A DNA stretch of 64,000 nt from Negativicutes bacterium (GCA_963665275.2 CAXXIN010000007.1:32001-96000); one strand, 5' to 3'. Counted from the stretch's first letter, positions 38,801 through 47,962 are shown. Notes: generated from the letters alone by a model not told the origin. Translations and numbers: made by a program.

Positions 38801-38934
38801 CGTTCCAATAGATACGGACTGGGCAGCAGCAGCGCCATACGGCCGGACGTACCTATTTCCCCTGCCTGTTGCAGACGCTTGATGAAATTGTCAAACATGG
38901 ATACTCCGAGCGGAGTGCAGTGCAATCGATTCAA
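35851..38934 (-). CDS. addB: AddB/AdnA-like subunit with PD-(D/E)XK nuclease
   Basis: Degenerate helicase domain, GLAEGEFP, SASALEQYAACPFAYF, GKVDRID...IDYKT, LQVPLY, CPAYC...C; overlaps addA start. Confidence 0.85.
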   Translation of the reverse strand: MNRLHCTPLGVSMFDNFIKRLQQAGEIGTSGRMALLLPSPYLLERARNALRQTEISAWEFPRVLSLDELAANLAGCCKISRVEQELLIDRLVRENSAAGLFPYFAQIADFPGFVAALARLFDELKMADVLPEELAGAIEAFEGEIERNAGRDADIAGLFLAYQERLEKYFLMDVGEMYRRALEALDQSENPLPYEQIFMAEFSVLSPLRLQLIERLKKRVPLEIGICFEKNRPGVFRAVEPVYQDLVGMGFTAEFHEVASTGMSALEHVRRNVFEDAPHMCEDAAGIGLLFCPNRTKELAVVADHVKTVLLQKQYKPQEVAVVLRDPGAYTRLWDEFAERGIPVDLAQSMPLLQCALPRLIFAWLNMLQEQGSRISVTAVLKSPYISDKLGWDADQLESCLLGEVIRGWSDWPVALGRSAPDEMTDALWRQGWNELLLYVREWSGPATWTQWAKRLSGLLDWFDVTATLGRRRSKGVLSLAEIRAELTSLAALRDATVQVKQLDEVLRQPEEMVGAADFADFLRRTLQDLSVSLADRQDTGVQVVTPETASGMKFRAVFVLGLAEGEFPAPPRESWLYSDQERRTLAEAGISLPTSEDRAAAADFSFSLAVGMATEQLWLSAVTDSETLPSRYLEEVKRLFTTGAIAAEAYGPHQLVAENVEEARSKRDLLKASLHHIWCQPLAGEEWATVYSALRSVLPECLEQVAATERERVGAYAGQVDPALIAVQCYSASALEQYAACPFAYFVTQVLGLGEWDAAEEGFDALSSGSVWHEVLAGFLGRYRGRKLAQESAEKYVRELVGLLEAAVDRREKDGRVAPDIWWRFEKPRWEQALRSWLNGEMERQAQTDRVPHYFEWAFGTALRRGCDGESTEQPMVLAGEDGDAVELQGKVDRIDAGGGSYRIIDYKTGKAPARKQVEQGLRLQVPLYMMAVDSLLCRTGETVADGMYLPVGEGATELKLPGAKQSREELFAATQAYVLSYVAGIRSGNFRAQPGAPCPAYCPARTCCRRDSESDQEGTEESTDE

Positions 38935-39126
38935 AATAACCTCCAGAATTTAAGAGATTGCGGTCATTTATAATTATTCTGATCTATCTAGCAATTATCC
39001 TTGTTATCGAATGAATTGACTGATCATAGACCGTGATACAGTTTATGATGTTTTTGCCGTGATTGAAAAATAAAAAGCCGGGGAAAAATAGCCCGGCTCA
39101 TACTTAGGATTCAAGAATTCCTATAA

Positions 39127-39918
39127 CTATAGATCTTTTCGACTTTCTTTATTTACTATGGGGAGATTCTTTTCGGCAATGACATAGGTATCAATTTGAT
39201 TACGCCAGATCCAGTATGCATCCTCATTTAAATGCAGCCCATCATAAGTATACTGCGCTAACAAACGTCCATCTTTATCGGAAAACAATGCCGTCAAATC
39301 CAAATATTCGTAGCCATATTCCACCGCAAGTTTGCGAATAGCAATATTAATTTTTCGGATATTTTCATTTCGTCTCAACCCTCTCGCAGGGAACATTTTC
39401 TCATTAAACGGCAACACACTCTGGACATAAACCGGCGTATCAGGCAATTCCGCCCGAAAGCGCGCGAGAATCAGACTATAGTTTGCGATAATATTTTCTA
39501 TTGGCCGCCCAAAACAAAGGTCATTTGTACCGATCATCAAAAAGATGCGCTGTGGATGTAGTTTTATGATTTCATCCTGCCTGTTCAAAAGCCCCAAAGT
39601 CGTGTCACCGCTGATCCCGCGATTCACTACCGGAGACTCGGGGAAAAGTCGTTGCCAGTTTGCGCCGAACGTGATACTGTCGCCAAAAAACACAATTGGG
39701 TTTTTGGTGATCTCGGAGGTAATTGAAAAATAAAACCGCCTAAGGCGATAATTCAAATTGAGATAGGCAGGATCATCAGTTTTTCTACCGATCGTATTCA
39801 CCCACGACAACGCCCCGGCCACCTGCTGATTCGCCAACACTGATTCGATCAACCCGTCTTGGGTTTGTACCAAACCAACCATTGCTGCCAGCAAAATTAT
39901 AACAACCGCCTTTTTCAC
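39127..39918 (-). CDS. Secreted SGNH/GDSL esterase
   Basis: Signal peptide, FGDSIT, NRGISGD, GTND, DGLH. Confidence 0.88.
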   Translation of the reverse strand: MKKAVVIILLAAMVGLVQTQDGLIESVLANQQVAGALSWVNTIGRKTDDPAYLNLNYRLRRFYFSITSEITKNPIVFFGDSITFGANWQRLFPESPVVNRGISGDTTLGLLNRQDEIIKLHPQRIFLMIGTNDLCFGRPIENIIANYSLILARFRAELPDTPVYVQSVLPFNEKMFPARGLRRNENIRKINIAIRKLAVEYGYEYLDLTALFSDKDGRLLAQYTYDGLHLNEDAYWIWRNQIDTYVIAEKNLPIVNKESRKDL

Positions 39919-39991
39919 AAAACCGCTCCTTGCTAAATCATCATTTTCCGTTACAATTCAGATTGTGATGCGAATCAGTTGATCTGGTATT

Positions 39992-40756
39992 TTATACATT
40001 CCCCCTCTTTCTCATAGTCCATCGAATGTCTCCGTCAAAGCGAAATATCGGTATTCGTCGCAGCACAAACGGATTGGTATTGTGTGAACACGAACCCGGA
40101 ATAATTGAAAACCCGCCGCAACATCCTGCTTCGCCGGCTTCCGCACCCGTATCCTGATTATAGCTTCCTTTCGGGTAAGCAACAAAATCAACGGATTTTT
40201 GCAACATTCCCTCAAGATATGCCCTGGAAAGTACCAATTCACTTAGGGCCTCCTCATTATCCATGTCTCCCAATGCTCGATGGCTCATCGTATGGGACCC
40301 AATGGACATTCCGTTCGCGGACATTTCCCGTATATGCCCCGTTGCCAGTCGGTCTTCCTCGTTGACCATATTGGTGATGATGTAGAAGGCCGCCGTCATC
40401 CCATAACGTCGCAAAATGGGGTATGCGTTCATGAAATTATCAAGATATCCGTCGTCGAATGAAATCATAATAGGCTTATCAGGGAGTTCAACATCAGCAT
40501 TGATTAAAAATCCTCGGAAAGTTTCCAACGTAATGGTTGAATATCCCAATTCGCTCAACCTGGATAAATCAAGTGCAAATTTTTCCGGAGTCACAGTCAA
40601 AGGTCCCTCCGTGTCTCCTACCCGATGATATAACAAAACCGGAATAACTAAAGCGTTCAACGCACTCGCGGAGGACAAAAATGGAGAGAATCCTGTCAAG
40701 CTGACGGCAGCAATAGAGGAAACACAGTTTTTGATGAATTTACGTCGACTATACAC
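39992..40756 (-). CDS. Polysaccharide deacetylase (CE4) with twin-arginine signal
   Basis: SRRKFIK Tat motif, PVLLYHRV, SFDDG, GSHTMSH, AYPKG; GTG 40756 after GAGGTG. Confidence 0.88.
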   Translation of the reverse strand: MYSRRKFIKNCVSSIAAVSLTGFSPFLSSASALNALVIPVLLYHRVGDTEGPLTVTPEKFALDLSRLSELGYSTITLETFRGFLINADVELPDKPIMISFDDGYLDNFMNAYPILRRYGMTAAFYIITNMVNEEDRLATGHIREMSANGMSIGSHTMSHRALGDMDNEEALSELVLSRAYLEGMLQKSVDFVAYPKGSYNQDTGAEAGEAGCCGGFSIIPGSCSHNTNPFVLRRIPIFRFDGDIRWTMRKRGNV

Positions 40757-40996
40757 AAAACACCTCGCAACTAAAACCAGATTGCCCAAAAGAAAAAAGC
40801 ACATTATTGCGCTTTTAAACCTAGGTCTGAACTTTAGTGACCAAATCAATTTCGCAGTTTATGAAATTTTCGCCTCGAAGTTTCCCTACATCGTGCAGCA
40901 ATTTCTTAACCACTTAATAATATACAACACGAAACAATAAATTAATAATATTTCTTTCCGGTATTATAATAGTTATAAACTATATAAAAAGGTGGA

Positions 40997-41905
40997 ATGA
41001 TTTTTTTGGAGCTCCGTCAACTGCAATATTTTCAATCCGTTGGGCGACTGCTAAGCATAACAAAAACAGCTGACAAGTTTAACATTGCCCAACCGTCGGT
41101 TACAATAGCGATTCAAAACCTTGAAAACGAACTGGGAGTTCAGCTTTTGGACCGAAGTCGCAAACGAATTGCGTTTACCGTAGAAGGACAATTATTCCTG
41201 CAGAAAGTTGATGAAATCCTGTTCCTTTTGGCTGATTCAGTGCTTCAACTAAAGGATACCCGCAAACTAAGATGTGGATTTATCCGACTGGGCATAACGC
41301 CTACCGCCAGCGGCTTTATATTTCCACGAATTTTTGCGGAATTTCATACGCAATATCCTTTAATTGAGTTAAACAGTGTTGAAGAAGGTTCGCTTGCGGT
41401 AATTAAGCTTTTAGAACAAGGGGAGTTAGACATAGGCATCATCATAATATCAGACTTGTCTTCCAGTCTGGAAGTTTTGCCGATCACAACAGAACCAGTC
41501 GTGCTGTGTCTACCTATAGACCATCCATTAGTAGGGACAAAGAATATAACCTTTGACTCCCTGAAAGACTTTCCTTTCCTTTTATTTAAAGAAGATACCT
41601 ATTTACGACAAATCATCTTACAAAAATGCGCCCAAAATCATATCACTCCCAAAATCGCCTTTTCGTCAAGCCAAATTGAAACAATTATTGGCCTGGTGGA
41701 AGAAGGCGCAGGCATAACTTTTCTCCTTGAATCGATTGCTCGAAAGCACACAAATATAATAGGATTGCCTTTGAACGATCCGCTATCTGTACAGCTGGGA
41801 ATAGCGTGGAACAAAAAGAAGTACTTGTCAAAGGCGTCCAGCGCATTTATAGATTTTGTATCTTCGTCTCATTTTGCTCCTATTTCACGCATGTTGCGAC
41901 GTTGA
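40997..41905 (+). CDS. LysR-family regulator
   Basis: LRQLQYF...SITKTA...QPSVT...LENELGVQLLDR HTH; GELDIGI. Confidence 0.92.
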   Translation: MIFLELRQLQYFQSVGRLLSITKTADKFNIAQPSVTIAIQNLENELGVQLLDRSRKRIAFTVEGQLFLQKVDEILFLLADSVLQLKDTRKLRCGFIRLGITPTASGFIFPRIFAEFHTQYPLIELNSVEEGSLAVIKLLEQGELDIGIIIISDLSSSLEVLPITTEPVVLCLPIDHPLVGTKNITFDSLKDFPFLLFKEDTYLRQIILQKCAQNHITPKIAFSSSQIETIIGLVEEGAGITFLLESIARKHTNIIGLPLNDPLSVQLGIAWNKKKYLSKASSAFIDFVSSSHFAPISRMLRR

Positions 41906-41934
41906 AAATTTGTTGAGAGCAGTCCGGCTGTCCA

Positions 41935-43494
41935 TTATTCGCCCAACTTTCGCAAGTGCTCCGCCTGTGACGCATCCGTCAAGATAAACAAATAATCACC
42001 GGTAATCATGCGGACGTTTCCCTTCGGCACGAGTTCGCGCTCGCCACGCCTAATGCTGACCAATAAACAATCGGTTGGCCAGCAAACATCTTGGACCAAT
42101 TTGCCTTCCAGTTTGGAGCCACTGCCAACAGGAATTTCAATAACCATGCGTTTTTTGCCGTTGCTTTCCGCTATGGATTTTCCTTGCTTGCTCAGTATCC
42201 GGTTGAGCAATTCTTCGTAAATCGGCTTGGTCTTTGCCAGGTCGGCCATCAAATAGGCCGTGATTGAAACGATGATTAATGGCAACATATGATTGAAAGA
42301 GGCAGTCATTTCCATAATGAGTATACTCCCAGTAACAGGGGATTTGACTACCGCTGAAAAATAAGCGGCCATGGACAATATGATGATATTCATCCGATAA
42401 CACGGTTCCATCAAACCGGTTTGGATGACAATATCACCGAAAATTCCACCGGTCAATGCACCAATAACCAACAGTGGCAAGAAAATTCCACCAGGAACAC
42501 CCGACCCATAACTGAGGAGAGTAAAGAAAAACTTCGTTACCAACAATAGAAATAATAGGCTCAGGCTAAGGGGAGCGGATGCGAGTTTATTGACCAGATC
42601 GTTGCCGCCACCCAGAATATCGGGAAGTATGAATCCGATGATTCCTGCAAACAGCAGCGGCAGCGCCGCTTTTTTCATGCCAGTAAGCCAGCGCTGCTTT
42701 TCATACATGTCCAGCGTTTTGACCACTCCACGGTTGAAAGCGGTAGCAGATATTCCTGTAATCATCCCAAGAAAAATTACCAGAACATAATAGCGAGCAG
42801 GAAGGATTGGCAACCCGAGAAATTGAAAGATCGGACTCGCACCGAAAAAATATTGCGATACAACATCAGCAGTTAGAGCTGCGGCAATGGTCGGCATTAA
42901 CACAGCGGAAGAAAAATTTTTGTGTAATTCTTCCAAGGAGAAGATCACGCCGGCCAATGGTGCGTTAAATGCTGCGGCCAGTCCTGCACTGGCGCCGCTG
43001 GTTATCAAATATCGCTCCTCCATTCTGGTGCGGCCAAGCAAGCGACTCAATCCCTGCCCAATGACAGCGCCCATTTGAACAGATGGACCTTCACGACCCA
43101 GGGAAAGCCCAGCGCCAATCGCCAAAGTGCCGCCAATCAATTTGCCTGCAAGGATTCTGCCCCATTGCATTTTCAACACTCCAAGGATCGTTCCTTTTAC
43201 TTGCGGAATTCCGCTGCCAGCAGACATAGGCTCCAACACCACGATGCGATTCAACACATAAGCAATTCCGAGCAACACGGCGAACCACGCAAGAATAAGC
43301 GGCCAGTCGAAACCCACAATATGTGTGTAAACTTCGCTACGTAGGGCTTCAAGCTGCTGCAGCGCAAAACGGAACGCTACCACAACGAGGCCGGAACCAA
43401 TTCCTACAATAATACCTTCTCCAAACAGTTTAAATTGAAAGTTTCGCCAATCCGCTAAAGAGGCGTATACTTTGCTAACGCGATGAACGGCCAT
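41935..43494 (-). CDS. ClC-family Cl-/H+ antiporter with C-terminal TrkA-C domain
   Basis: GSGIPQ, GREGP, FNAPLAG, GGIFLP, PIYE; LLVSIRRGE...PKG. Confidence 0.92.
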   Translation of the reverse strand: MAVHRVSKVYASLADWRNFQFKLFGEGIIVGIGSGLVVVAFRFALQQLEALRSEVYTHIVGFDWPLILAWFAVLLGIAYVLNRIVVLEPMSAGSGIPQVKGTILGVLKMQWGRILAGKLIGGTLAIGAGLSLGREGPSVQMGAVIGQGLSRLLGRTRMEERYLITSGASAGLAAAFNAPLAGVIFSLEELHKNFSSAVLMPTIAAALTADVVSQYFFGASPIFQFLGLPILPARYYVLVIFLGMITGISATAFNRGVVKTLDMYEKQRWLTGMKKAALPLLFAGIIGFILPDILGGGNDLVNKLASAPLSLSLLFLLLVTKFFFTLLSYGSGVPGGIFLPLLVIGALTGGIFGDIVIQTGLMEPCYRMNIIILSMAAYFSAVVKSPVTGSILIMEMTASFNHMLPLIIVSITAYLMADLAKTKPIYEELLNRILSKQGKSIAESNGKKRMVIEIPVGSGSKLEGKLVQDVCWPTDCLLVSIRRGERELVPKGNVRMITGDYLFILTDASQAEHLRKLGE

Positions 43495-43695
43495 GCACAG
43501 ATCCTCCTTTGGATATTACTGCGTTATTTTACCACTCCAGCCACCTCCCTTCCAGACTAACCGTTTATGCACTGCAATCGTTTCGCACGTTTTAACCATT
43601 TAATACGTCGTTAATCCCAATAGGTTAAAGGGGTTTGGCCCCAGACCCAAGAATACTATTCTTAGCCCATATCAAGAAGAAGACATGAAATAGGA

Positions 43696-44892
43696 GTGAA
43701 AATGATGGAGAATTTTTTTCGGGTAGTTCCTCCGCAAGCGTTTGGCAGTAAGTCGATTGTTCGAATTAGAGATATTGACGCGGTGGTTCATAATTACAAA
43801 CTTTTCAAAGAAAAAGCAGACCGTACCGGTTCTATTTGCGGCGCTGTGATCAAGGCGGATGTCCATGGCTTGCAAATGAAAGATGTAGCTCCTGCTTTGT
43901 ATCAAGAAGGCGTTCGGTATTTTTTCATTGAAGAAATATCTGAAGGACTTGCTTTGCGGAACATATTACCATTTGCCGATGCCAAAATTTATGCGCTGGC
44001 GGGTTTACTGGACGGCGAAGAAGAGTACTTTTTCAAATCGCAAATCTATCCATGCATTAATTGTTTGGAGCAACTTGAAAGATGGAACAAATTTTGCGGA
44101 GAATACGGACGAAGTTCAGCGATAATCCATCTCGATACGCATATGAATCGTCTGGGGCTACTTGACGACGAAGTTGATTTGCTTAGCCAAAACTTTGACG
44201 CTCTTACCTCCAACCTTGACATAACCTTCTATATGAGTCATTTTTATGACATAAAAGGGTCAGATCATACAAACTGCTACAAACAACTGGATATCCTGAC
44301 AAGCTATTTATCAAAATTGCCTTCTAGACCTGTAACTTTTGCCTGTACGGACAGCGTTATTTTGTTAAACAATGCTGAATTCAACATGGGGATGATTCGC
44401 CCAGGTATTGGGTTGGTGGGAGGAGCACCGGATGTCCGTCACCCTATTTCACCAGATGCGAAGCATACCATAGAAATTTACGCCAAGATTTCGCAAATCA
44501 AGAAGGTCAAATGCGGCGAAACCATTGGGTATGGCGGCGCTTATACCACAAAACGGGACACTGTTTTGGCGCTTGCGCATATTGGCTACAAAGACGGTTA
44601 CCTGAGAGCTTTAAGTGAATTGGACGCTCTGCCCAAAGGGGTATATATGCATATCGCGCAGTACCAGGCCCCGTTAATCGGAAAAATCTCACTAGGCGCT
44701 ACGACGCTTGACGTTACCGACATCCCGCAGGAGATTCTTGATCAATACAAATATGCGGAGGTTGTCGGGCCCAATGTCGATATCAAATATCTCGCGGATA
44801 AGGCCGGTTGTTATGAAATCCTGGCTTCGCTCGGAAGACCCAATATAAAAGTGGCCGATTATACGCTGCAGGCATTCAAAGATTTGTTTTAA
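43696..44892 (+). CDS. Alanine-racemase-family PLP enzyme (atypical)
   Basis: AVIKAD PLP lysine, DTHMNRLG, MSHF, IRPGIGL, IGYGGAY, IGYKDG, CYEIL. Confidence 0.85.
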   Translation: MKMMENFFRVVPPQAFGSKSIVRIRDIDAVVHNYKLFKEKADRTGSICGAVIKADVHGLQMKDVAPALYQEGVRYFFIEEISEGLALRNILPFADAKIYALAGLLDGEEEYFFKSQIYPCINCLEQLERWNKFCGEYGRSSAIIHLDTHMNRLGLLDDEVDLLSQNFDALTSNLDITFYMSHFYDIKGSDHTNCYKQLDILTSYLSKLPSRPVTFACTDSVILLNNAEFNMGMIRPGIGLVGGAPDVRHPISPDAKHTIEIYAKISQIKKVKCGETIGYGGAYTTKRDTVLALAHIGYKDGYLRALSELDALPKGVYMHIAQYQAPLIGKISLGATTLDVTDIPQEILDQYKYAEVVGPNVDIKYLADKAGCYEILASLGRPNIKVADYTLQAFKDLF

Positions 44893-45521
44893 GCTTGAAT
44901 TAACGAGGACATGAGCTGATAAAAATATTCCGGCTGTTTTTCTTTGTTCAGCTTATACCAGAAAGTCAGCGTATCGGGTTCAAAAACGTCCAAGCGATCA
45001 AGGATATGATAGGCAAATTCCAACGGCGCTGTTCCACTGGCGGTGATCAAATTTCCATCCCTGACAGCCTCCTGCTGTTGATACAGCCGCGCCCCCGTGT
45101 ATGCGTCGCCGGCAACTTGGCGCAAGTATGCCAAATCATTGCTGGTATGCTTTTGCTGATTCAGCAGACCGGCCCGTCCCAACGCGAACGTCGCTCCACA
45201 AATAGCGGCAACCGGAATCCCAGCCGTCAGAAAAGCCGCAGCTTTTCTAATCGCCGGTTCATGCTGCGGTTCCAGCCAGGTATTGCTCCCCGGCAATATC
45301 AGCAGCGCGGCCTCTGACAGACAAATTTCATCCACCAATAATTCAGGCATGATCTTTAGGCCACCCATGGTCGTTGCCGGATTCATCGACAGCGCGCAGG
45401 ATTTCACAGTTAAAAGTTGCGCCGTTTTTTTGAAAAAACGTCCGGAGTGAAGCTCCGCTATGGCATACCCCGCTTCCCAATCCGCCAGAGAGTCTTGAAG
45501 ATAAATGTACACCGTTTTCAT
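44889..45521 (-). CDS. DJ-1/PfpI (GATase1-like) protein
   Basis: ADWEAGY, TMGG, LPGS, AAICGA, HTSN, ITASG; ATG 45521 after GGAGG. Confidence 0.9.
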   Translation of the reverse strand: MKTVYIYLQDSLADWEAGYAIAELHSGRFFKKTAQLLTVKSCALSMNPATTMGGLKIMPELLVDEICLSEAALLILPGSNTWLEPQHEPAIRKAAAFLTAGIPVAAICGATFALGRAGLLNQQKHTSNDLAYLRQVAGDAYTGARLYQQQEAVRDGNLITASGTAPLEFAYHILDRLDVFEPDTLTFWYKLNKEKQPEYFYQLMSSLIQA

Positions 45522-45523
45522 CG

Positions 45524-46180
45524 TTAAACTTCCTCCTTTATAACCACTCCAAAATTCGTAGCCAAAGCTATGGCTTGTGCAGGGGCAATGATACAGCCCC
45601 GAAGGTCCTCCAGTGTCAACGCCAGTTGATAAAATTGACAAGTGCTCAGATCGATTCCTGCCAGTTTAGTGCCCGATAATTGAACCCTATCGAGATTGCA
45701 ACAGACAAATCTTACGTCGGCCAGTGTGGCGGAGTAGACATCAGCTTCAGCTAAAGCAGTGTTGCGAAAGATGCTCTTTGCGCACTTGAAGTAACGCAGG
45801 ACGGCATAGGAAGCATTACAGCTATCAAAGACAACATTCCGAAGAGAAGATTCGGTCAGATTGACGCCGACCATCTTGCAGTCACGAAACTGGACACGAT
45901 CCATAAAACACTGGCTGAAATCCGCATTGGAGAGGTCACATTGTTCAAATAGAATGTCGGTTAGTTTGACGTTCGGCCAATGAACACGAGTGAAAACAAC
46001 GTTTTTAAAAACAACTTGGTTAATCACCAGGTTGTCGGCAGTCTGATCTTCAATTGCAGACTCTTGTATCAGGCAGAGTTCCACGCACTCTTCGTCATGA
46101 AACGCGCTTATTGGCGCCAAAGATAATTGGGGCGGCAGATTAGGCGCTACGGGGTTCAGTTCAACATCTTTTTTGGCCAT
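45524..46180 (-). CDS. Pentapeptide-repeat protein
   Basis: Tandem 5-residue repeats CDLSN-ADFSQ, VNLTE-SSLRN, TALAE-ADVYS, TKLAG-IDLST. Confidence 0.9.
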   Translation of the reverse strand: MAKKDVELNPVAPNLPPQLSLAPISAFHDEECVELCLIQESAIEDQTADNLVINQVVFKNVVFTRVHWPNVKLTDILFEQCDLSNADFSQCFMDRVQFRDCKMVGVNLTESSLRNVVFDSCNASYAVLRYFKCAKSIFRNTALAEADVYSATLADVRFVCCNLDRVQLSGTKLAGIDLSTCQFYQLALTLEDLRGCIIAPAQAIALATNFGVVIKEEV

Positions 46181-46409
46181 GGTATTCCTCCAACTAGTCC
46201 ATTTACTTTCTCGCGGCCGATATTCGGAACATTTGTTCCATATCTATAAGTATAGCGATTTATAATTCCCAAGTAAAGAAAATCTCCCCCTGTTGACCAT
46301 TCCTGCTCATTTGGGGCATTTAAAGTCAGTAACGAAAATATATATTGTCGGCAACAATGATTCAATAATATAATATAAGTATAATACTGAAACTGAAAGG
46401 AGATTCATC

Positions 46410-46634
46410 ATGCAAACACATTTTGAAAAACGCGATCATCTGTATAGCGAAATTGTGATCAATGTTACTGCAGATGGATTTGAGCTATTGAACCGGGGAA
46501 GAGTAATTTCCCGCTGGGATTCACTAGGTTTGGCCTCCATCGAACGGGAGCGCGTTGTTGAAACAATCGCGCAAATGTCTCGCCTGCGGGAACTGCAGCA
46601 TTCGACTCACAAAATGTCGCACGAACCATGCTAA
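46410..46634 (+). CDS. Hypothetical 74-aa protein
   Basis: AAAGGAG SD, TATAAT at 46380-46385, downstream terminator; no recognised motif. Confidence 0.6.
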   Translation: MQTHFEKRDHLYSEIVINVTADGFELLNRGRVISRWDSLGLASIERERVVETIAQMSRLRELQHSTHKMSHEPC

Positions 46635-46668
46635 AAAGAACGCCGGACAATAACCGGTCCATAAACAA

Positions 46669-46715
46669 GTAAAAACCCCTCCGAAACGCCGCATGCGAAT
46701 CAGAGGGGTTTTTAC
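46669..46715. terminator. Bidirectional intrinsic terminator
   Basis: gtaaaaacccctc ... gaggggtttttac between convergent genes. Confidence 0.75.
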
Positions 46716-46739
46716 TTGTGCTACGATTCTATCCTATTA

Positions 46740-47837
46740 TCAGGAAAGAACCCAATCCATAATCTCCTGATCTTTGAACACCTTCACGATCGTCCGGCTT
46801 TGGGTTCTCCCCAAATCCATCGAATCCTTTTCTTTTGTCCGATTGCCCCAAGGATCCATCAACAAACGAATTATGGGGCGATCAGGATGTTCCGGATTGA
46901 GCGTTTCCACTTCACCGATCTCCCCACTATCCACCTGTACCAGACTGCCCACCGGGTAAGGCGCCACCCGGGGAAGCAGGAGCCGGATGATCTCCGGATC
47001 AAGCAGGCGACTAGAAAGCGCATTAAGAATCGCGATGGCCTCATGTGGCAGATAATAATGGCGAAAAGGTCGGTCAGACACCAATGCGTCGAACATATCG
47101 GCCACACTGGCAATACGTGCGTACTCATGAATAGCGGCGCCGGAGCAACCACGCGGATAGCCTTTGCCGTCGAAACTTTCATGATGCTGGTACGCCACTT
47201 GCCGGGAGGTGGCTGGCAAAGCATTGAGTTTCTTGCGCAACCCATCCAGTCCATTTTCAGGGTGCTGCTTGATCTGCTCCATCTCTTCAGGGGTCAGGCA
47301 GGCGCTTTTCCGCAATATCGCCGCAGGAATGAGCATCTCTCCAATGTCCATCAACAACGTCCCGATCGCCAGTTCCTGCAATTTCGCCACTGTATAATCC
47401 ATTTTTAATCCAACCAGGACGGATAGAACCGTTACATTAACTACATGAGCCGGCAAATATTGCTCCGGAGTCCGTAAATCGACAAATTGAAACAAGCGCT
47501 TCCGGTTTAGGATGATCTCGTTGACCATACGAGAAGCCAAATCGCGGAGAGGCGCTTCATCCATATCCGCTTTGGATTGAAAGTTTTCATAAAACTGACC
47601 AATCAGTCTGGTGGCCTCAGATCTCAATTCCGGACTTATAAAATCATCCACGGGATTGTGCTCAAGAAAGCCCGGCACGGTCACGTATGCGGATTCGAAG
47701 CCAAATTTCTGCATCGCCTCGATATGCGATTCCTGCAATGCCTGACCGCAGCGGATCAACAGGCGTCCGCCAGTATCCATCATATCCATGGCCGCAACCA
47801 TCTCTGGGCGCAAGCATTTAAGGACAAGTCTCTGCAT
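46740..47837 (-). CDS. HD-GYP-domain protein (HD dyad reads MD)
   Basis: HVVNV, LLMDIGE, HHESFDGKGYP, ADMFDAL..DRP, YPVGSLV; start MQRLV. Confidence 0.88.
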   Translation of the reverse strand: MQRLVLKCLRPEMVAAMDMMDTGGRLLIRCGQALQESHIEAMQKFGFESAYVTVPGFLEHNPVDDFISPELRSEATRLIGQFYENFQSKADMDEAPLRDLASRMVNEIILNRKRLFQFVDLRTPEQYLPAHVVNVTVLSVLVGLKMDYTVAKLQELAIGTLLMDIGEMLIPAAILRKSACLTPEEMEQIKQHPENGLDGLRKKLNALPATSRQVAYQHHESFDGKGYPRGCSGAAIHEYARIASVADMFDALVSDRPFRHYYLPHEAIAILNALSSRLLDPEIIRLLLPRVAPYPVGSLVQVDSGEIGEVETLNPEHPDRPIIRLLMDPWGNRTKEKDSMDLGRTQSRTIVKVFKDQEIMDWVLS

Positions 47838-47962
47838 AATATCTCCCTCTGTTACAAAAATAGAACCAAATCCCAAAAGTCCGAAGGACCTATGGAATCT
47901 GGTTCTATTTTAACACATGACGAAGTATCGTTGAAACATTCGGGTACGAATTGAGGTATCGA

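Noticed and set aside
32319-38934. Helicase-nuclease pair as an anti-phage or Cas4/CRISPR system
   Set aside because: Size, order and motifs fit housekeeping AddAB; no repeat-spacer array or cas genes in the window
43495-43695. Fluoride riboswitch or fluoride-type CLC
   Set aside because: No fluoride-riboswitch consensus seen, and GSGIP/GREGP are chloride-type motifs; the two small hairpins near 43631-43663 match no RNA family I know
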